From positions 26,256 through 90,255 of the forward strand of contig JAUCBJ010003036.1 of NCBI GenBank assembly GCA_032718475.1: a DNA stretch of 64,000 nucleotides, in the 5' to 3' direction. A model generated the notes under the pieces. The model did not search any database. It was not told the DNA's origin and worked only from the letters and a program-made list of their open reading frames with translations. A program made the position numbers and the translations under genes. Origin of the DNA: Nemertoderma westbladi. Its lineage: Eukaryota; Animalia; Xenacoelomorpha. This document shows positions 34,698 through 48,400 of this stretch, one piece after another (positions within the stretch are counted from its first letter, which is position 1; every line of letters begins with the position of its first letter).

Positions 34698-35130
34698 TCA
34701 TTTGAAGGATTTACAATTTGGGAGGTAGAAGTTTGAAGCACTAGCTCTGGTACTGTAAGAGTGTGTATCGCGTACTCTGTTGAATTTTTGTTTTAGGTAA
34801 TTGGGACATTTACCATTATACACTTTATGCACATGGTTAAGGCGTAGCTGCTTAACTCTACTATCTAAGTTAAGTAGTCCAGATTCAGAAAAGTCATCTT
34901 GAGTTAGGTGGTGCCTAGGTTTGTAGTCTTTAATAAATCGTACTACTTTATTCTGAGCTACTTGTAATTTACATTTAAGCTGTTTGGTTAAGCCTTCATA
35001 CCAATTTAAGATACTAACAGGTCTGTAATTACAGGGTTCTACTTTACTATTCTTTTTATAATACAGAGGAACAACCTTAGCTAATTTCATTTCGTCTGGT
35101 ACTACATTATCTACGATAGAGTAATTAATA
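34698..35130 (-). pseudogene. Internally deleted CR1/L2-group LINE ORF2 remnant (copy 1)
   Basis: KLAKVVPLY..K....NYRPVSIL is joined directly to the C-terminal WYEGLTK..LQVAQNKVVRFI...HSYSTR. The RT core is absent. Confidence 0.8.
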
Positions 35131-35783
35131 ATAAAAGTATTGCGAATAACTATTAATATATTATATTATATTATACCACCCAAGACCCCTCACACCCCTG
35201 GAGGGTTCAGACCACGGCTAGTATTAAGTAATAAATGTATATATTAATATTATTTATACATGTCAAATGGGAATGGGGTGAAATGTTCTAATATAGGCCA
35301 CTGTAATGTTGTGTTATTTTTATTGTTATTAGACAGAATAAATAAATTGTTATTAATTCCCTATAATAATATATTAGGCCTAATTACTATTTAATACAAC
35401 CGGTATAATATTGGTGGTTTTATTGTAGGTAGTTAGTTAGTACTGTAGTAGTTTGACCGATAGGTTAAACATTGAACTCAAAACATATGAATTGGTTGCC
35501 AATCCTGCCTATTATATTCAACCAGCGACATCTAAATTAGTATAGTAAAGTACATCCCTGGGAGAATGTAGATGATTGCTGATTGGCCAATAACTCCCTG
35601 CCTAGCCGTACAGCTATATATCTGATTCCCACCAGTATGTAAGGCTAACGCCTTATATTTGACCGCTAGTACAACTAACAGCAACAGTTTGTGTGAACGT
35701 ATTTCCAGTTGCCATGGTGAGGACTGTAGCAGGCCATAAAATTTTCGAATTCTTCATTTAATTCCAGGAAATAATATATATAA

Positions 35784-36052
35784 TCTATACCTATAAAAAT
35801 CAAATTTTCTCTCTCTCTCTCTCTGTGTTCGAACTCCTCCAAAACGGGCAGAGAGATTGCGCTGGAACTTGGCATGTGTGTATAACTTTAACCAGCGGTC
35901 GTTATAGGCCACTTTTCGAAAAGTTTAATTAATGTAGTCCCATTCACGCACTCACCAGTACGCCAGTAGGCCTATACCGGTACCAGTACGCCAGTAGACC
36001 TATGCCGGTAGCGGGAAATACCGGGTAACATGCCTCGGGTATTGCCTGCTAG
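35784..36052 (+). mobile_element. Non-autonomous Helitron
   Basis: 5' end A|TCTATACCTATAAAA, followed by a (CT)n tract and AACTCCTCCAAAACGG. The 3' end is a GC-rich imperfect hairpin CCGGGTAACATGCCTCGGG then CTAG|T. Inserted between A and T with no TSD. Confidence 0.72.
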
Positions 36053-36128
36053 TAATATATAATAATAATAAATATGATAATAATATATATAATTCCACAA
36101 TAATAATTCATTACATATTGCAGTGCAA

Positions 36129-38365
36129 TCTACCCCACAGCCGCAGTCTCATGCCGCCCTACCCCACAGCCACAGTCTCACGCCGCCCTACCCCACAGCC
36201 ACAGTCTGACGCGTCCCTACCCCACAGGCACAGTCTCACGCCGCCCTACCCCACAGCCACAGTCTCACGCCGCCCTACCCCACAGCCACAGTCTCACGCC
36301 GCCCTACCCCACAGCCACAGTCTCACGCCGCCCTACCCGCCGTCCTACTGTCCTACCTACACGCCGCCCTACACGCCGCCCTACACGCCGCCCTACCCCA
36401 CAGCCACAGTCTCATGCCGCCCTACCCGCCACCCTAACCCACAGCCACAGTCTCACGCCGCCCTACCCGCCATCCTACCCCACAGCCACAGTCTCACGCT
36501 GCCCTACTCCACAGCCACATTCTCACACTGCCCCACCTCACAGCCACAGTCTCACGTGCCCTACCCCACACCCACAGTCTCACGCCGCCCTACCCCATAG
36601 CCACACTCTCACGCCGCCCTAGGCGCCGCCCTACCCCACAGCCACAATCTCATGCCGCCCTAGGCGCCGTCCTACCCCACAACCACAGTCTGACGCGGCC
36701 CCACCCCGCAGCCACAGTATCACGCTGACCTACCCCACAGCCACAATCTCATGCTGCCCTACCCCACAGCCACAGTCTCACGCCGCCATACCCGCTGCCC
36801 TACGCCACAGCCCTACGCCACAGCCACAGTTTCACGCTGCCCTACTCCACAGCCACATTCTCACACTGCCCCACCTAACAACCACAGTCTCACGCACCCT
36901 ACCCCACAGCCACAGTCTCACGCTGCCCTACCCCATAGCCACACTCTCACGCCGCCCTACCCCACAGTCACAATCTCACACTGCCCTACCCCACAGCCAC
37001 AGTCTCACGCCGCCCTACCCCACAGTCACAGTCTCACGCCACCCCACCCCACAGCCACAGTCTCATGCCGCTCTACCCACCGCCCTACCCCACAGCCACA
37101 GTCTCACGCACCCTACCCCACAGCCACAGTCTCACGCCGCCCTACCCCACAGCCACAATCTCACGCCACCCCACCCCACAGCCACAGTCTCATGCCGCTC
37201 TACCCACCGCCCTACCCCACAGCCACAGTCTCACGCACCCTACCCCACAGCCACAGTCTCACGCTGCCCTACCCCACAGCCACAGTCTCACGCTGCCCCA
37301 CCCCACAGTCACAATCTCACACTGCCCTACCCCACAGCCACAATCTCACGCCACCCCACCCCACAGCCACAGTCTCATGCCGCTCTACCCACCGCCCTAC
37401 CCCACAGCCACAGTCTCACGCCGCCCTACCCCACAGCCACAGTCTCACACTGCCCTACCCACCGCCCTACCCCACAGCCACAGTCTCACACTGCTCTACC
37501 CCACAGCCACAGTCTCACGCTGCCCACCCCACAGTCTCACACTGCCCTACCCGCCGCCTACCCCACAGCCACAGTCTCACCCCGCTCTACCCCACAGCCA
37601 CAGTCTCACGCTGCCCACCCCACAGTCTCACGCTGCACTACCCGCCGCCCTACCCCACAGCCACAGTCTCACGCTGCCCTGCCCCACAGCCACAGTGTCA
37701 CGCCGCCCTACCTGCCGCCCTACCCCACAGCCAGTCTCACGCTGCCCTACCCCACAGCCACAGTCTCACGCTGCCCTAACGTACCGCACAGCCACAGTCT
37801 CACACCAGCATACCCGCCGATCTACCCCACAGCCACAGTCTCTCGCTGCCCTACCCCACAGCCACAATCTCACGCTGCCCTAACGCACCGCACAGCCACA
37901 TTCTCACGCCAGCCCACCCGCCGCTCTACCCCACAGCCACAGTCTCACACTGCCCTACCCCATAGCCACACTCTCACGCTGCCCTACCCCACAGCCACAG
38001 TCTCACGCCGCCCTACCTGCTACCCTACCCCACAGCCACAGTCTCACGCTGCCCTACCTGCTACCCTACCCCACAGCCACAGTATCATGCTGCCCTACCC
38101 CACAGCCACAGTCCCACGCCGCCATACCCGCTGCCCTACCCCATAGCCACACTCTCACGCTGCCCTACCCCACAGCCGCAGTCTCATGCCGCCCTACCCC
38201 ACAGCCACAGTCTCACGCCGCCCTACCCCACAGCCACAGTCTGACGCGTCCCTACCCCACAGGCACAGTCTCACGCAGCCCTACCCCACAGCCACAGTCT
38301 CACGCCGCCCTACCCCACAGCCACAGTCTCACGCCGCCCTACCCGCCGTCCTACTGTCCTACCCA
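36129..38365. repeat. ~30-bp satellite, right segment
   Basis: Same unit as the main array. Confidence 0.95.
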
Positions 38366-38744
38366 ACAATACCTGAATACTGCCGCAATATGCTAATTTA
38401 ATAACGGTAATATTTTCACTAGGCCTATAGATCTTTTTTATTTTCACATAAAACTAATATAAAACCTAATTACACTATGTACATGTACAATTTTACCGAG
38501 AGCGTGACAATGTCCGACTCAAAGATAAAGATGTAATGTACAGAACAATTTATTATAAAACGTATTTGCAGTATTAATAGTAAATAAATTAATAAACTAA
38601 TAACTTACTGTAGGACTATTGTACCTATTTTTACATTGCACTCGGAGGTGAGATTTAACTGCAGATTTAAAAGAATGTTGATTATCTAGGTTTATTATCC
38701 AATCCAATTCTTAATACCGTTAAAAAAGAATGTATCAGATTCCA

Positions 38745-39177
38745 TCATTTGAAGGATTTACAATTTGGGAGGTAGAAGTTTGAAGCACTAGCTCTGGTAC
38801 TGTAAGAGTGTGTATCGCGTACTCTGTTGAATTTTTGTTTTAGGTAATTGGGACATTTACCATTATACACTTTATGCACATGGTTAAGGCGTAGCTGCTT
38901 AACTCTACTATCTAAGTTAAGTAGTCCAGATTCAGAAAAGTCATCTTGAGTTAGGTGGTGCCTAGGTTTGTAGTCTTTAATAAATCGTACTACTTTATTC
39001 TGAGCTACTTGTAATTTACATTTAAGCTGTTTGGTTAAGCCTTCATACCAATTTAAGATACTAACAGGTCTGTAATTGCAGGGTTCTACTTTACTATTCT
39101 TTTTATAATACAGAGGAACAACCTTAGCTAATTTCATTTCGTCTGGTACTACATTATCTACGATAGAGTAATTAATA
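38745..39177 (-). pseudogene. Internally deleted CR1/L2-group LINE remnant (copy 2)
   Basis: Identical 130-aa translation to 34698-35090. Confidence 0.8.
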
Positions 39178-39443
39178 ATAAAAGTATTGCGAATAACTAT
39201 TAATATATTATATTATATTATACCACCCAAGACCCCTCACACCCCTGGAGGGTTCAGACCACGGCTAGTATTAAGTAATAAATGTATATATTAATATTAT
39301 TTATACATGTCAAATGGGAATGGGGTGAAATGTTCTAATATAGGCCACTGTAATGTTGTGTTATTTTTATTGTTATTAGACAGAATAAATAAATTGTTAT
39401 TAATTCCCTATAATAATATATTAGGCCTAATTACTATTTAATA

Positions 39444-42400
39444 CATCGGCTGGGTGGCCGGGATGACGAACCAGCTGTAGCTCATCGGCAAGTTGGCTGG
39501 GATGGCGAACCAGCTGTAGCTCGTTGGCCGGGTGGCCAGGATGGCGAACCAGCTGTAGCTCATCGGCCGGGTGGCCAGGATGGCGAACCAGCTGTAGCTC
39601 ATCGGACGGGTGGCCAGGATGGCGAACCAGCTGTAGCTCGTTGGCCGGGAGGCCAGGATGACGAACCAGCTGTAGCTCATCGGCCGGGTGGCCAGGATGG
39701 CGAACCAGCTGTAGCTCATCGGACGGGTGGCCAGGATGGCGAACCAGCTGTAGCTCGTTGGCCGGGAGGCCAGGATGGCGAACCAGCTGTAGCTCATCGG
39801 CCGGGTGGCTGGGATGGCGAACCAGCTGTAGCTCGTTTGCCGGGAGGCCAGGATGACGAACCAGCTGTAGCTCATCGGCCGGGTGGCCGGGATGGCGAAC
39901 CAGCTGTAGCTCATCGGCCGGGTGGCCGGGATGGCGAACCAGCTGTAGCTCATCGGCCGGGTGGCCGGGATGACAAACCAGCTGTAGCTCATCGGCCGGG
40001 TGGCCGGGATGGCGAACCAGCTGTAGCTCATCGGCCGGGTGGCCGGGATGGCGAACCAGCTGTAGCTCGTTGGCCGGGTGGCCGGGATGGCGAACCAGCT
40101 GTAGCTCATCGGCCGGGTGGCCGGGATGGCGAACCAGCTGTAGCTCATCGGCCGGGTGGCCGGGATGGCGAACCAGCTGTAGCTCGTTGGCCGGGTGGCC
40201 GGGATGACGAACCAGCTGTAGCTCGTCGGTCGGGTGGCTGGGATGGCGAACCAGCTGTAGCTCATCGGCTGGGTGGCCGGGATGGCGAACCAGCTGTAGC
40301 TCATCGGCTGGGTGGCCAGGATGGCGAACCAGCTGTAGCTCATCGGCTGGGTGGCCGGGATGGCGAACCAGCTGTAGCTCGTTGGCCGGGTGGCCGGGAT
40401 GGCGAACCAGCTGTAGCTCATCGGCTGGGTGGCCGGGATGGCGAACCAGCTGTAGCTCGTTGGTCGGGTGGCCAGGATGGCGAACCAGCTGTAGCTCATC
40501 GGCTGGGTGGCCGGGATGGCGAACCAGCTGTAGCTCGTTGGCCGGGTGGCCGGGATGGCGAACCAGCTGTAGCTCATCGGCCGGGTGGCCAGGATGGCGA
40601 ACCAGCTGTAGCTCATCGGCTGGGTGGCCGGGATGGCGAACCAGCTGTAGCTCGTTGGCCGGGTGGCCGGGATGGCGAACCAGCTGTAGCTCATCGGCCG
40701 GGTGGCCAGGATGGCGAACCAGCTGTAGCTCGTCGGCCGTGTGGCCGGGATGGCGAACCAGCTGTAGCTCCTTGGTCGGGTGGTCAGGATGGCGAACCAG
40801 CTGTAGCTCATCGGCTGGGTGGCCGGGATGGCGAACCAGCTGTAGCTCGTCGGCCGTGTGGCCGGGATGGCGAACCAGCTGTAGCTCATCGGCCGGGTGG
40901 CCGGGATGGCGAACCAGCTGTAGCTCATCGGCCGGGTGGCCGGGATGGCGAACCAGCTGTAGCTCATCGGCTGGGTGGCCGGGATGGCGAACCAGCTGTA
41001 GCTCGTTGGCCGGGTGGCCAGGATGGCGAATCAGCTGTAGCTCATCGGCCGGGTGGCCGGGATGGCGAACCAGCTGTAGCTCATCGGCTGGGTGGCCGGG
41101 ATGGCGAACCAGCTGTAGCTCGTTGGCCGGGTGGCCAGGATGGCGAATCAGCTGTAGCTCATCGGCTGGGTGGCTGGGATGGCGAACCAGCTGTAGCTCA
41201 TCGGCTGGGTGGCCGGGATGGCGAACCAGCTGTAGCTCGTTGGCCGGGTGGCTGGGATGGCGAACCAGCTGTAGCTCATCGGCTGGGTGGCCGGGATGAC
41301 GAACCAGCTGTAGCTCATCGGCCGGGTGGCCGGGATGGCGAACCAGCTGTAGCTCATCGGCTGGGTGGCCGGGATGGCGAACCAGCTGTAGCTCATTGGC
41401 CGGGTGGCCAGGATGGCGAACCAGCTGTAGCTCATCGGCTGGGTGGCCGGGATGGCGAACCAGCTGTAGCTCGTCGGTCGGGTGGCTGGGATGGAGAACC
41501 AGCTGTAGCTCATCGGCCGGGAGGCCGGGATGGTGAACCAGCTGTAGCTCATCGGCTGGGTGGCCGGGATGGCGAACCAGCTGTAGCTCATCGGCCGGGT
41601 GGCCGGGATGGCGAACCAGCTGTAGCTCATCGGCTGGGTGGCCGGGATGGCGAACCAGCTGTAGCTCATCGGCTGGGGGGCTGGGATGACGAACCAGCTG
41701 TAGCTCATCGGCCGGGTGGCCAGGATGGCGAACCAGCTGTAGCTCATCGGCCGGGTGGCCAGGAAGGCGAACCAGCTGTAGCTCGTCGGCCGGGTGGCCG
41801 GGATGGCGAACCAGCTGTAGCTCGTTGGCCGGGTGGCCGGGATGGCGAACCAGCTGTAGCTCGTTGGCCGGGTGGCCAGGATGGAGAACCAGCTGTAGCT
41901 CATCGGCTGGGTGGCCGGGATGGCGAACCAGCTGTAGCTCGTTGGCCGGGTGGCCAGGATGGCGAACCAGCTGTAGCTCATCGGCTGGGTGGCCGGGATG
42001 GCGAACCAGCTGTAGCTCGTTGGCCGGGTGGCCGGGATGGCGAACCAGCTGTAGCTCGTTGGCCGGGTGGCCAGGATGGAGAACCAGCTGTAGCTCATCG
42101 GCCGGGAGGCCGGGATGGTGAACCAGCTGTAGCTCATCGGCTGGGTGGCCGGGATGGCGAACCAGCTGTAGCTCATCGGCCGGGTGGCCGGGATGGCGAA
42201 CCAGCTGTAGCTCATCGGCTGGGTGGCCGGGATGGCGAACCAGCTGTAGCTCGTTGGCCGGGTGGCCAGGATGGCGAACCAGCTGTAGCTCATCGGCCGG
42301 GTGGCCGGGATGGCGAACCAGCTGTAGCTCATCGGCTGGGTGGCCGGGATGGCGAACCAGCTGTAGCTCGTTGGCCGGGTGGCCAGGATGGCGAATCAGC

Positions 42401-45400
42401 TGTAGCTCATCGGCTGGGTGGCTGGGATGGCGAACCAGCTGTAGCTCATCGGCCGGGTGGCCGGGATGGCGAACCAGCTGTAGCTCATCGGCTGGGTGGC
42501 CGGGATGGCGAACCAGCTGTAGCTCATCGGCTGGGTGGCCGGGATGGCGAACCAGCTGTAGCTCATCGGCCGGGTGGCCGGGATGGCGAACCAGCTGTAG
42601 CTCATCGGCTGGGTGGCCGGGATGGCGAACCAGCTGTAGCTCGTTGGCCGGGTGGCCAGGATGGCGAATCAGCTGTAGCTCATCGGCTGGGTGGCTGGGA
42701 TGGCGAACCAGCTGTAGCTCGTTGGCCGGGTGGCCAGGATGGAGAACCAGCTGTAGCTCATCGGCCGGGAGGCCGGGATGGTGAACCAGCTGTAGCTCAT
42801 CGGCTGGGTGGCTGGGATGGCGAACCAGCTGTAGCTCGTTGGTCGGGAGGCCGGGATGACGAACCAGCTGTAGCTCGTTGGCCGGGAGGCCGGGATGGTG
42901 AACCAGCTGTAGCTCATCGGCCGGGTGGCCGGGATGGCGAACCAGCTGTAGCTCATCGGCTGGGTGGCCGGGATGGCGAACCAGCTGTAGCTCGTTGGCC
43001 GTGTGGCTGGGATGGCGAACCAGCTGTAGCTCATCGGCCGGGTGGCCGGGATTGCGAACCAGCTGTAGCTCATTGGCTGGGTGGCCGGGATGGCGAACCA
43101 GCTGTAGCTCGTCGGACGGGTGGCTGGGATGACGAACCAGCTGTAGCTCAACGGCTGAGTGGCCGGGATGGCGAACCAGCTGTAGCTCATCGGCTGGGTG
43201 GCCGGGATGGCGAACCAGCTGTAGCTCATCGGCTGGGTGGCCGGGATGGCGAACCAGCTGTAGCTCATCGGCCGGGTGGCCGGGATGGCGAACCAGCTGT
43301 AGCTCATCGGCTGGGTGGCCGGGATGGCGAACCAGCTGTAGCTCATCGGCTGGGTGGCCGGGATGGCGAACCAGCTGTAGCTCATCGGCCGGGTGGCCGG
43401 GATGGCGAACCAGCTGTAGCTCATCGGCTGGGTGGCCGGGATGGCGAACCAGCTGTAGCTCGTTGGCCGGGTGGCCAGGATGGCGAATCAGCTGTAGCTC
43501 ATCGGCTGGGTGGCTGGGATGGCGAACCAGCTGTAGCTCGTTGGCCGGGTGGCCAGGATGGAGAACCAGCTGTAGCTCATCGGCCGGGAGGCCGGGATGG
43601 TGAACCAGCTGTAGCTCATCGGCTGGGTGGCTGGGATGGCGAACCAGCTGTAGCTCGTTGGTCGGGAGGCCGGGATGACGAACCAGCTGTAGCTCGTTGG
43701 CCGGGAGGCCGGGATGGTGAACCAGCTGTAGCTCATCGGCCGGGTGGCCGGGATGGCGAACCAGCTGTAGCTCATCGGCCGGGTGGCCGGGATGGCGAAC
43801 CAGCTGTAGCTCATCGGCTGGGTGGCCGGGATGGCGAACCAGCTGTAGCTCGTTGGCCGTGTGGCTGGGATGGCGAACCAGCTGTAGCTCATCGGCCGGG
43901 TGGCCGGGATTGCGAACCAGCTGTAGCTCATTGGCTGGGTGGCCGGGATGGCGAACCAGCTGTAGCTCGTCGGACGGGTGGCTGGGATGACGAACCAGCT
44001 GTAGCTCAACGGCTGAGTGGCCGGGATGGCGAACCAGCTGTAGCTCATCGGCTGGGTGGCCGGGATGGCGAACCAGCTGTAGCTCGTCGGCCGTGTGGCC
44101 GGGATGGCGAACCAGCTGTAGCTCATCGGCTGGGTGGCCGGGATGGCGAACCAGCTGTAGCTCAACGGCTGAGTGGCCGGGATGGCGAACCAGCTGTAGC
44201 TCATCGGCTGGGTGGCCGGGATGGCGAACCAGCTGTAGCTCATCGGCTGGGTGGCCGGGATGGCGAACCAGCTGTAGCTCATCGGCTGGGTGGCCGGGAT
44301 GGCGAACCAGCTGTAGCTCAACGGCTGAGTGGCCGGGATGGCGAACCAGCTGTAGCTCATCGGCTGGGTGGCCGGGATGGCGAACCAGCTGTAGCTCGTC
44401 GGCCGTGTGGCCGGGATGGCGAACCAGCTGTAGCTCATCGGCTGGGTGGCCAGGATGACGAACCAGCTGTAGCTCAACGGCTGAGTGGCCGGGATGGCGA
44501 ACCAGCTGTAGCTCATCGGCTGGGTGGCCGGGATGGCGAACCAGCTGTAGCTCGTCGGCCGTGTGGCCAGGATGGCGAACCAGCTGTTGCTCATCGGCCG
44601 GGTGGCCAGGATGGCGAACCAGCTGTAGCTCATCGGCTGGGTGGCTGGGATGGCGAACCAGCTGTAGCTCATCGGCCGGGTGGCCGGGATTGCGAACCAG
44701 CTGTAGCTCATCGGCCGGGTGGCCGGGATGACGAACCAGCTGTTGCTCATCAGCCGGGTGGCCAGGATGATGAACCAGCTGTAGCTCAACGGCTGAGTGG
44801 CCGGGATGGCGAACCAGCTGTAGCTCATCGGCTGGGTGGCCAGGATGGCGAACCAGCTGTAGCTCGTTGGCCGTGTGGCTGGGATGGCGAACCAGCTGTA
44901 GCTCATCGGCCGGGTGGCCGGGATTGCGAACCAGCTGTTGCTCATCAGCCGGGTGGCCAGGATGATGAACCAGCTGTAGCTCAACGGCTGAGTGGCCGGG
45001 ATGGCGAACCAGCTGTAGCTCATCGGCTGGGTGGCCGGGATGGCGAACCAGCTGTAGCTCGTCGGCCGTGTGGCCGGGATGGCGAACCAGCTGTAGCTCA
45101 TCGGCTGGGTGGCCGGGATGGCGAACCAGCTGTAGCTCATCGGCCGGGTGGCCAGGATTGCGAACCAGCTGTAGCTCGTCGGCCGTGTGGCCGGGATGGC
45201 GAACCAGCTGTAGCTCATCGGCTGGGTGGCTGGGATGGCGAACCAGCTGTTGCTCATCAGCCGGGTGGCCAGGATGATGAACCAGCTGTAGCTCAACGGC
45301 TGAGTGGCCGGGATGGCGAACCAGCTGTAGCTCATCGGCTGGGTGGCCGGGATGGCGAACCAGCTGTAGCTCGTCGGCCGTGTGGCCGGGATGGCGAACC

Positions 45401-48400
45401 AGCTGTAGCTCATCGGCTGGGTGGCCGGGATGGCGAACCAGCTGTAGCTCATCGGCCGGGTGGCCGGGATGGCGAACCAGCTGTAGCTTGTCGGCCGGGT
45501 GGCCGGGATGGCGAACCAGCTGTAGCTCGTCGGCCGGGTGGCCGGGATGGCGAACCAGCTGTAGCTCGTTGGCCGGGTGGCCGGGATGGCGAACCAGCTG
45601 TAGCTCATCGGCCGGGTGGCCGGGATGGCGAACCAGCTGTAGCTTGTCGGCCGGGATGGCGAACCAGCTGTAGCTCGTTGGCCGGGTGGCCAGGATGGCG
45701 AATCAGCTGTAGCTCATCGGCTGGGTGGCTGGGATGGCGAACCAGCTGTAGCTCGTTGGCCGGGTGGCCAGGATGGAGAACCAGCTGTAGCTCATCGGCC
45801 GGGAGGCCGGGATGGTGAACCAGCTGTAGCTCATCGGCTGGGTGGCTGGGATGGCGAACCAGCTGTAGCTCGTTGGTCGGGAGGCCGGGATGACGAACCA
45901 GCTGTAGCTCGTTGGCCGGGAGGCCGGGATGGTGAACCAGCTGTAGCTCATCGGCCGGGTGGCCGGGATGGCGAACCAGCTGTAGCTCATCGGCTGGGTG
46001 GCCGGGATGGCGAACCAGCTGTAGCTCGTTGGCCGTGTGGCTGGGATGGCGAACCAGCTGTAGCTCATCGGCCGGGTGGCCGGGATTGCGAACCAGCTGT
46101 AGCTCATTGGCTGGGTGGCCGGGATGGCGAACCAGCTGTAGCTCGTCGGACGGGTGGCTGGGATGACGAACCAGCTGTAGCTCAACGGCTGAGTGGCCGG
46201 GATGGCGAACCAGCTGTAGCTCATCGGCTGGGTGGCCGGGATGGCGAACCAGCTGTAGCTCATCGGCTGGGTGGCCGGGATGGCGAACCAGCTGTAGCTC
46301 ATCGGCCGGGTGGCCGGGATGGCGAACCAGCTGTAGCTCATCGGCTGGGTGGCCGGGATGGCGAACCAGCTGTAGCTCATCGGCTGGGTGGCCGGGATGG
46401 CGAACCAGCTGTAGCTCATCGGCCGGGTGGCCGGGATGGCGAACCAGCTGTAGCTCATCGGCTGGGTGGCCGGGATGGCGAACCAGCTGTAGCTCGTTGG
46501 CCGGGTGGCCAGGATGGCGAATCAGCTGTAGCTCATCGGCTGGGTGGCTGGGATGGCGAACCAGCTGTAGCTCGTTGGCCGGGTGGCCAGGATGGAGAAC
46601 CAGCTGTAGCTCATCGGCCGGGAGGCCGGGATGGTGAACCAGCTGTAGCTCATCGGCTGGGTGGCTGGGATGGCGAACCAGCTGTAGCTCGTTGGTCGGG
46701 AGGCCGGGATGACGAACCAGCTGTAGCTCGTTGGCCGGGAGGCCGGGATGGTGAACCAGCTGTAGCTCATCGGCCGGGTGGCCGGGATGGCGAACCAGCT
46801 GTAGCTCATCGGCCGGGTGGCCGGGATGGCGAACCAGCTGTAGCTCATCGGCTGGGTGGCCGGGATGGCGAACCAGCTGTAGCTCGTTGGCCGTGTGGCT
46901 GGGATGGCGAACCAGCTGTAGCTCATCGGCCGGGTGGCCGGGATTGCGAACCAGCTGTAGCTCATTGGCTGGGTGGCCGGGATGGCGAACCAGCTGTAGC
47001 TCGTCGGACGGGTGGCTGGGATGACGAACCAGCTGTAGCTCAACGGCTGAGTGGCCGGGATGGCGAACCAGCTGTAGCTCATCGGCTGGGTGGCCGGGAT
47101 GGCGAACCAGCTGTAGCTCGTCGGCCGTGTGGCCGGGATGGCGAACCAGCTGTAGCTCATCGGCTGGGTGGCCGGGATGGCGAACCAGCTGTAGCTCAAC
47201 GGCTGAGTGGCCGGGATGGCGAACCAGCTGTAGCTCATCGGCTGGGTGGCCGGGATGGCGAACCAGCTGTAGCTCATCGGCTGGGTGGCCGGGATGGCGA
47301 ACCAGCTGTAGCTCATCGGCTGGGTGGCCGGGATGGCGAACCAGCTGTAGCTCAACGGCTGAGTGGCCGGGATGGCGAACCAGCTGTAGCTCATCGGCTG
47401 GGTGGCCGGGATGGCGAACCAGCTGTAGCTCGTCGGCCGTGTGGCCGGGATGGCGAACCAGCTGTAGCTCATCGGCTGGGTGGCCGGGATGACGAACCAG
47501 CTGTAGCTCAACGGCTGAGTGGCCGGGATGGCGAACCAGCTGTAGCTCATCGGCTGGGTGGCCGGGATGGCGAACCAGCTGTAGCTCGTCGGCCGTGTGG
47601 CCAGGATGGCGAACCAGCTGTTGCTCATCGGCCGGGTGGCCAGGATGGCGAACCAGCTGTAGCTCATCGGCTGGGTGGCTGGGATGGCGAACCAGCTGTA
47701 GCTCATCGGCCGGGTGGCCGGGATTGCGAACCAGCTGTAGCTCATCGGCCGGGTGGCCGGGATGACGAACCAGCTGTTGCTCATCAGCCGGGTGGCCAGG
47801 ATGATGAACCAGCTGTAGCTCAACGGCTGAGTGGCCGGGATGGCGAACCAGCTGTAGCTCATCGGCTGGGTGGCCGGGATGGCGAACCAGCTGTAGCTCG
47901 TTGGCCGGGTGGCCGGGATGGCGAACCAGCTGTAGCTCATCGGCCGGGTGGCCGGGATGCGAACCAGCTGTTGCTCATCAGCCGGGTGGCCAGGATGATG
48001 AACCAGCTGTAGCTCAACGGCTGAGTGGCCGGGATGGCGAACCAGCTGTAGCTCATCGGCTGGGTGGCCGGGATGGCGAACCAGCTGTAGCTCGTCGGCC
48101 GTGTGGCCGGGATGGCGAACCAGCTGTAGCTCATCGGCTGGGTGGCCGGGATGGCGAACCAGCTGTAGCTCATCGGCCGGGTGGCCAGGATTGCGAACCA
48201 GCTGTAGCTCGTCGGCCGTGTGGCCGGGATGGCGAACCAGCTGTAGCTCATCGGCTGGGTGGCTGGGATGGCGAACCAGCTGTTGCTCATCAGCCGGGTG
48301 GCCAGGATGATGAACCAGCTGTAGCTCAACGGCTGAGTGGCCGGGATGGCGAACCAGCTGTAGCTCATCGGCTGGGTGGCCGGGATGGCGAACCAGCTGT

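Larger units (their letters stand above)
36129..39445 (+). repeat. Second copy of a ~4.05-kb segmental duplication (first copy ~32060-35398): satellite block plus AT-rich unique block
   Basis: ORFs recur at offsets ~4070 (32681 vs 36751) and 4047 (34698 vs 38745). The AT-rich block is nearly identical. Confidence 0.92.

Noticed and set aside
22265-38401. Many Pro/His/Thr-rich ORFs (PHSHSLTPPY / PTATVSRRPT / PQPQSHAAL) resembling extensins or mucins
   Set aside because: They are translations of a 30-bp satellite that is open in all three plus frames, with frequent frame switches and no unique domains or signal peptide.
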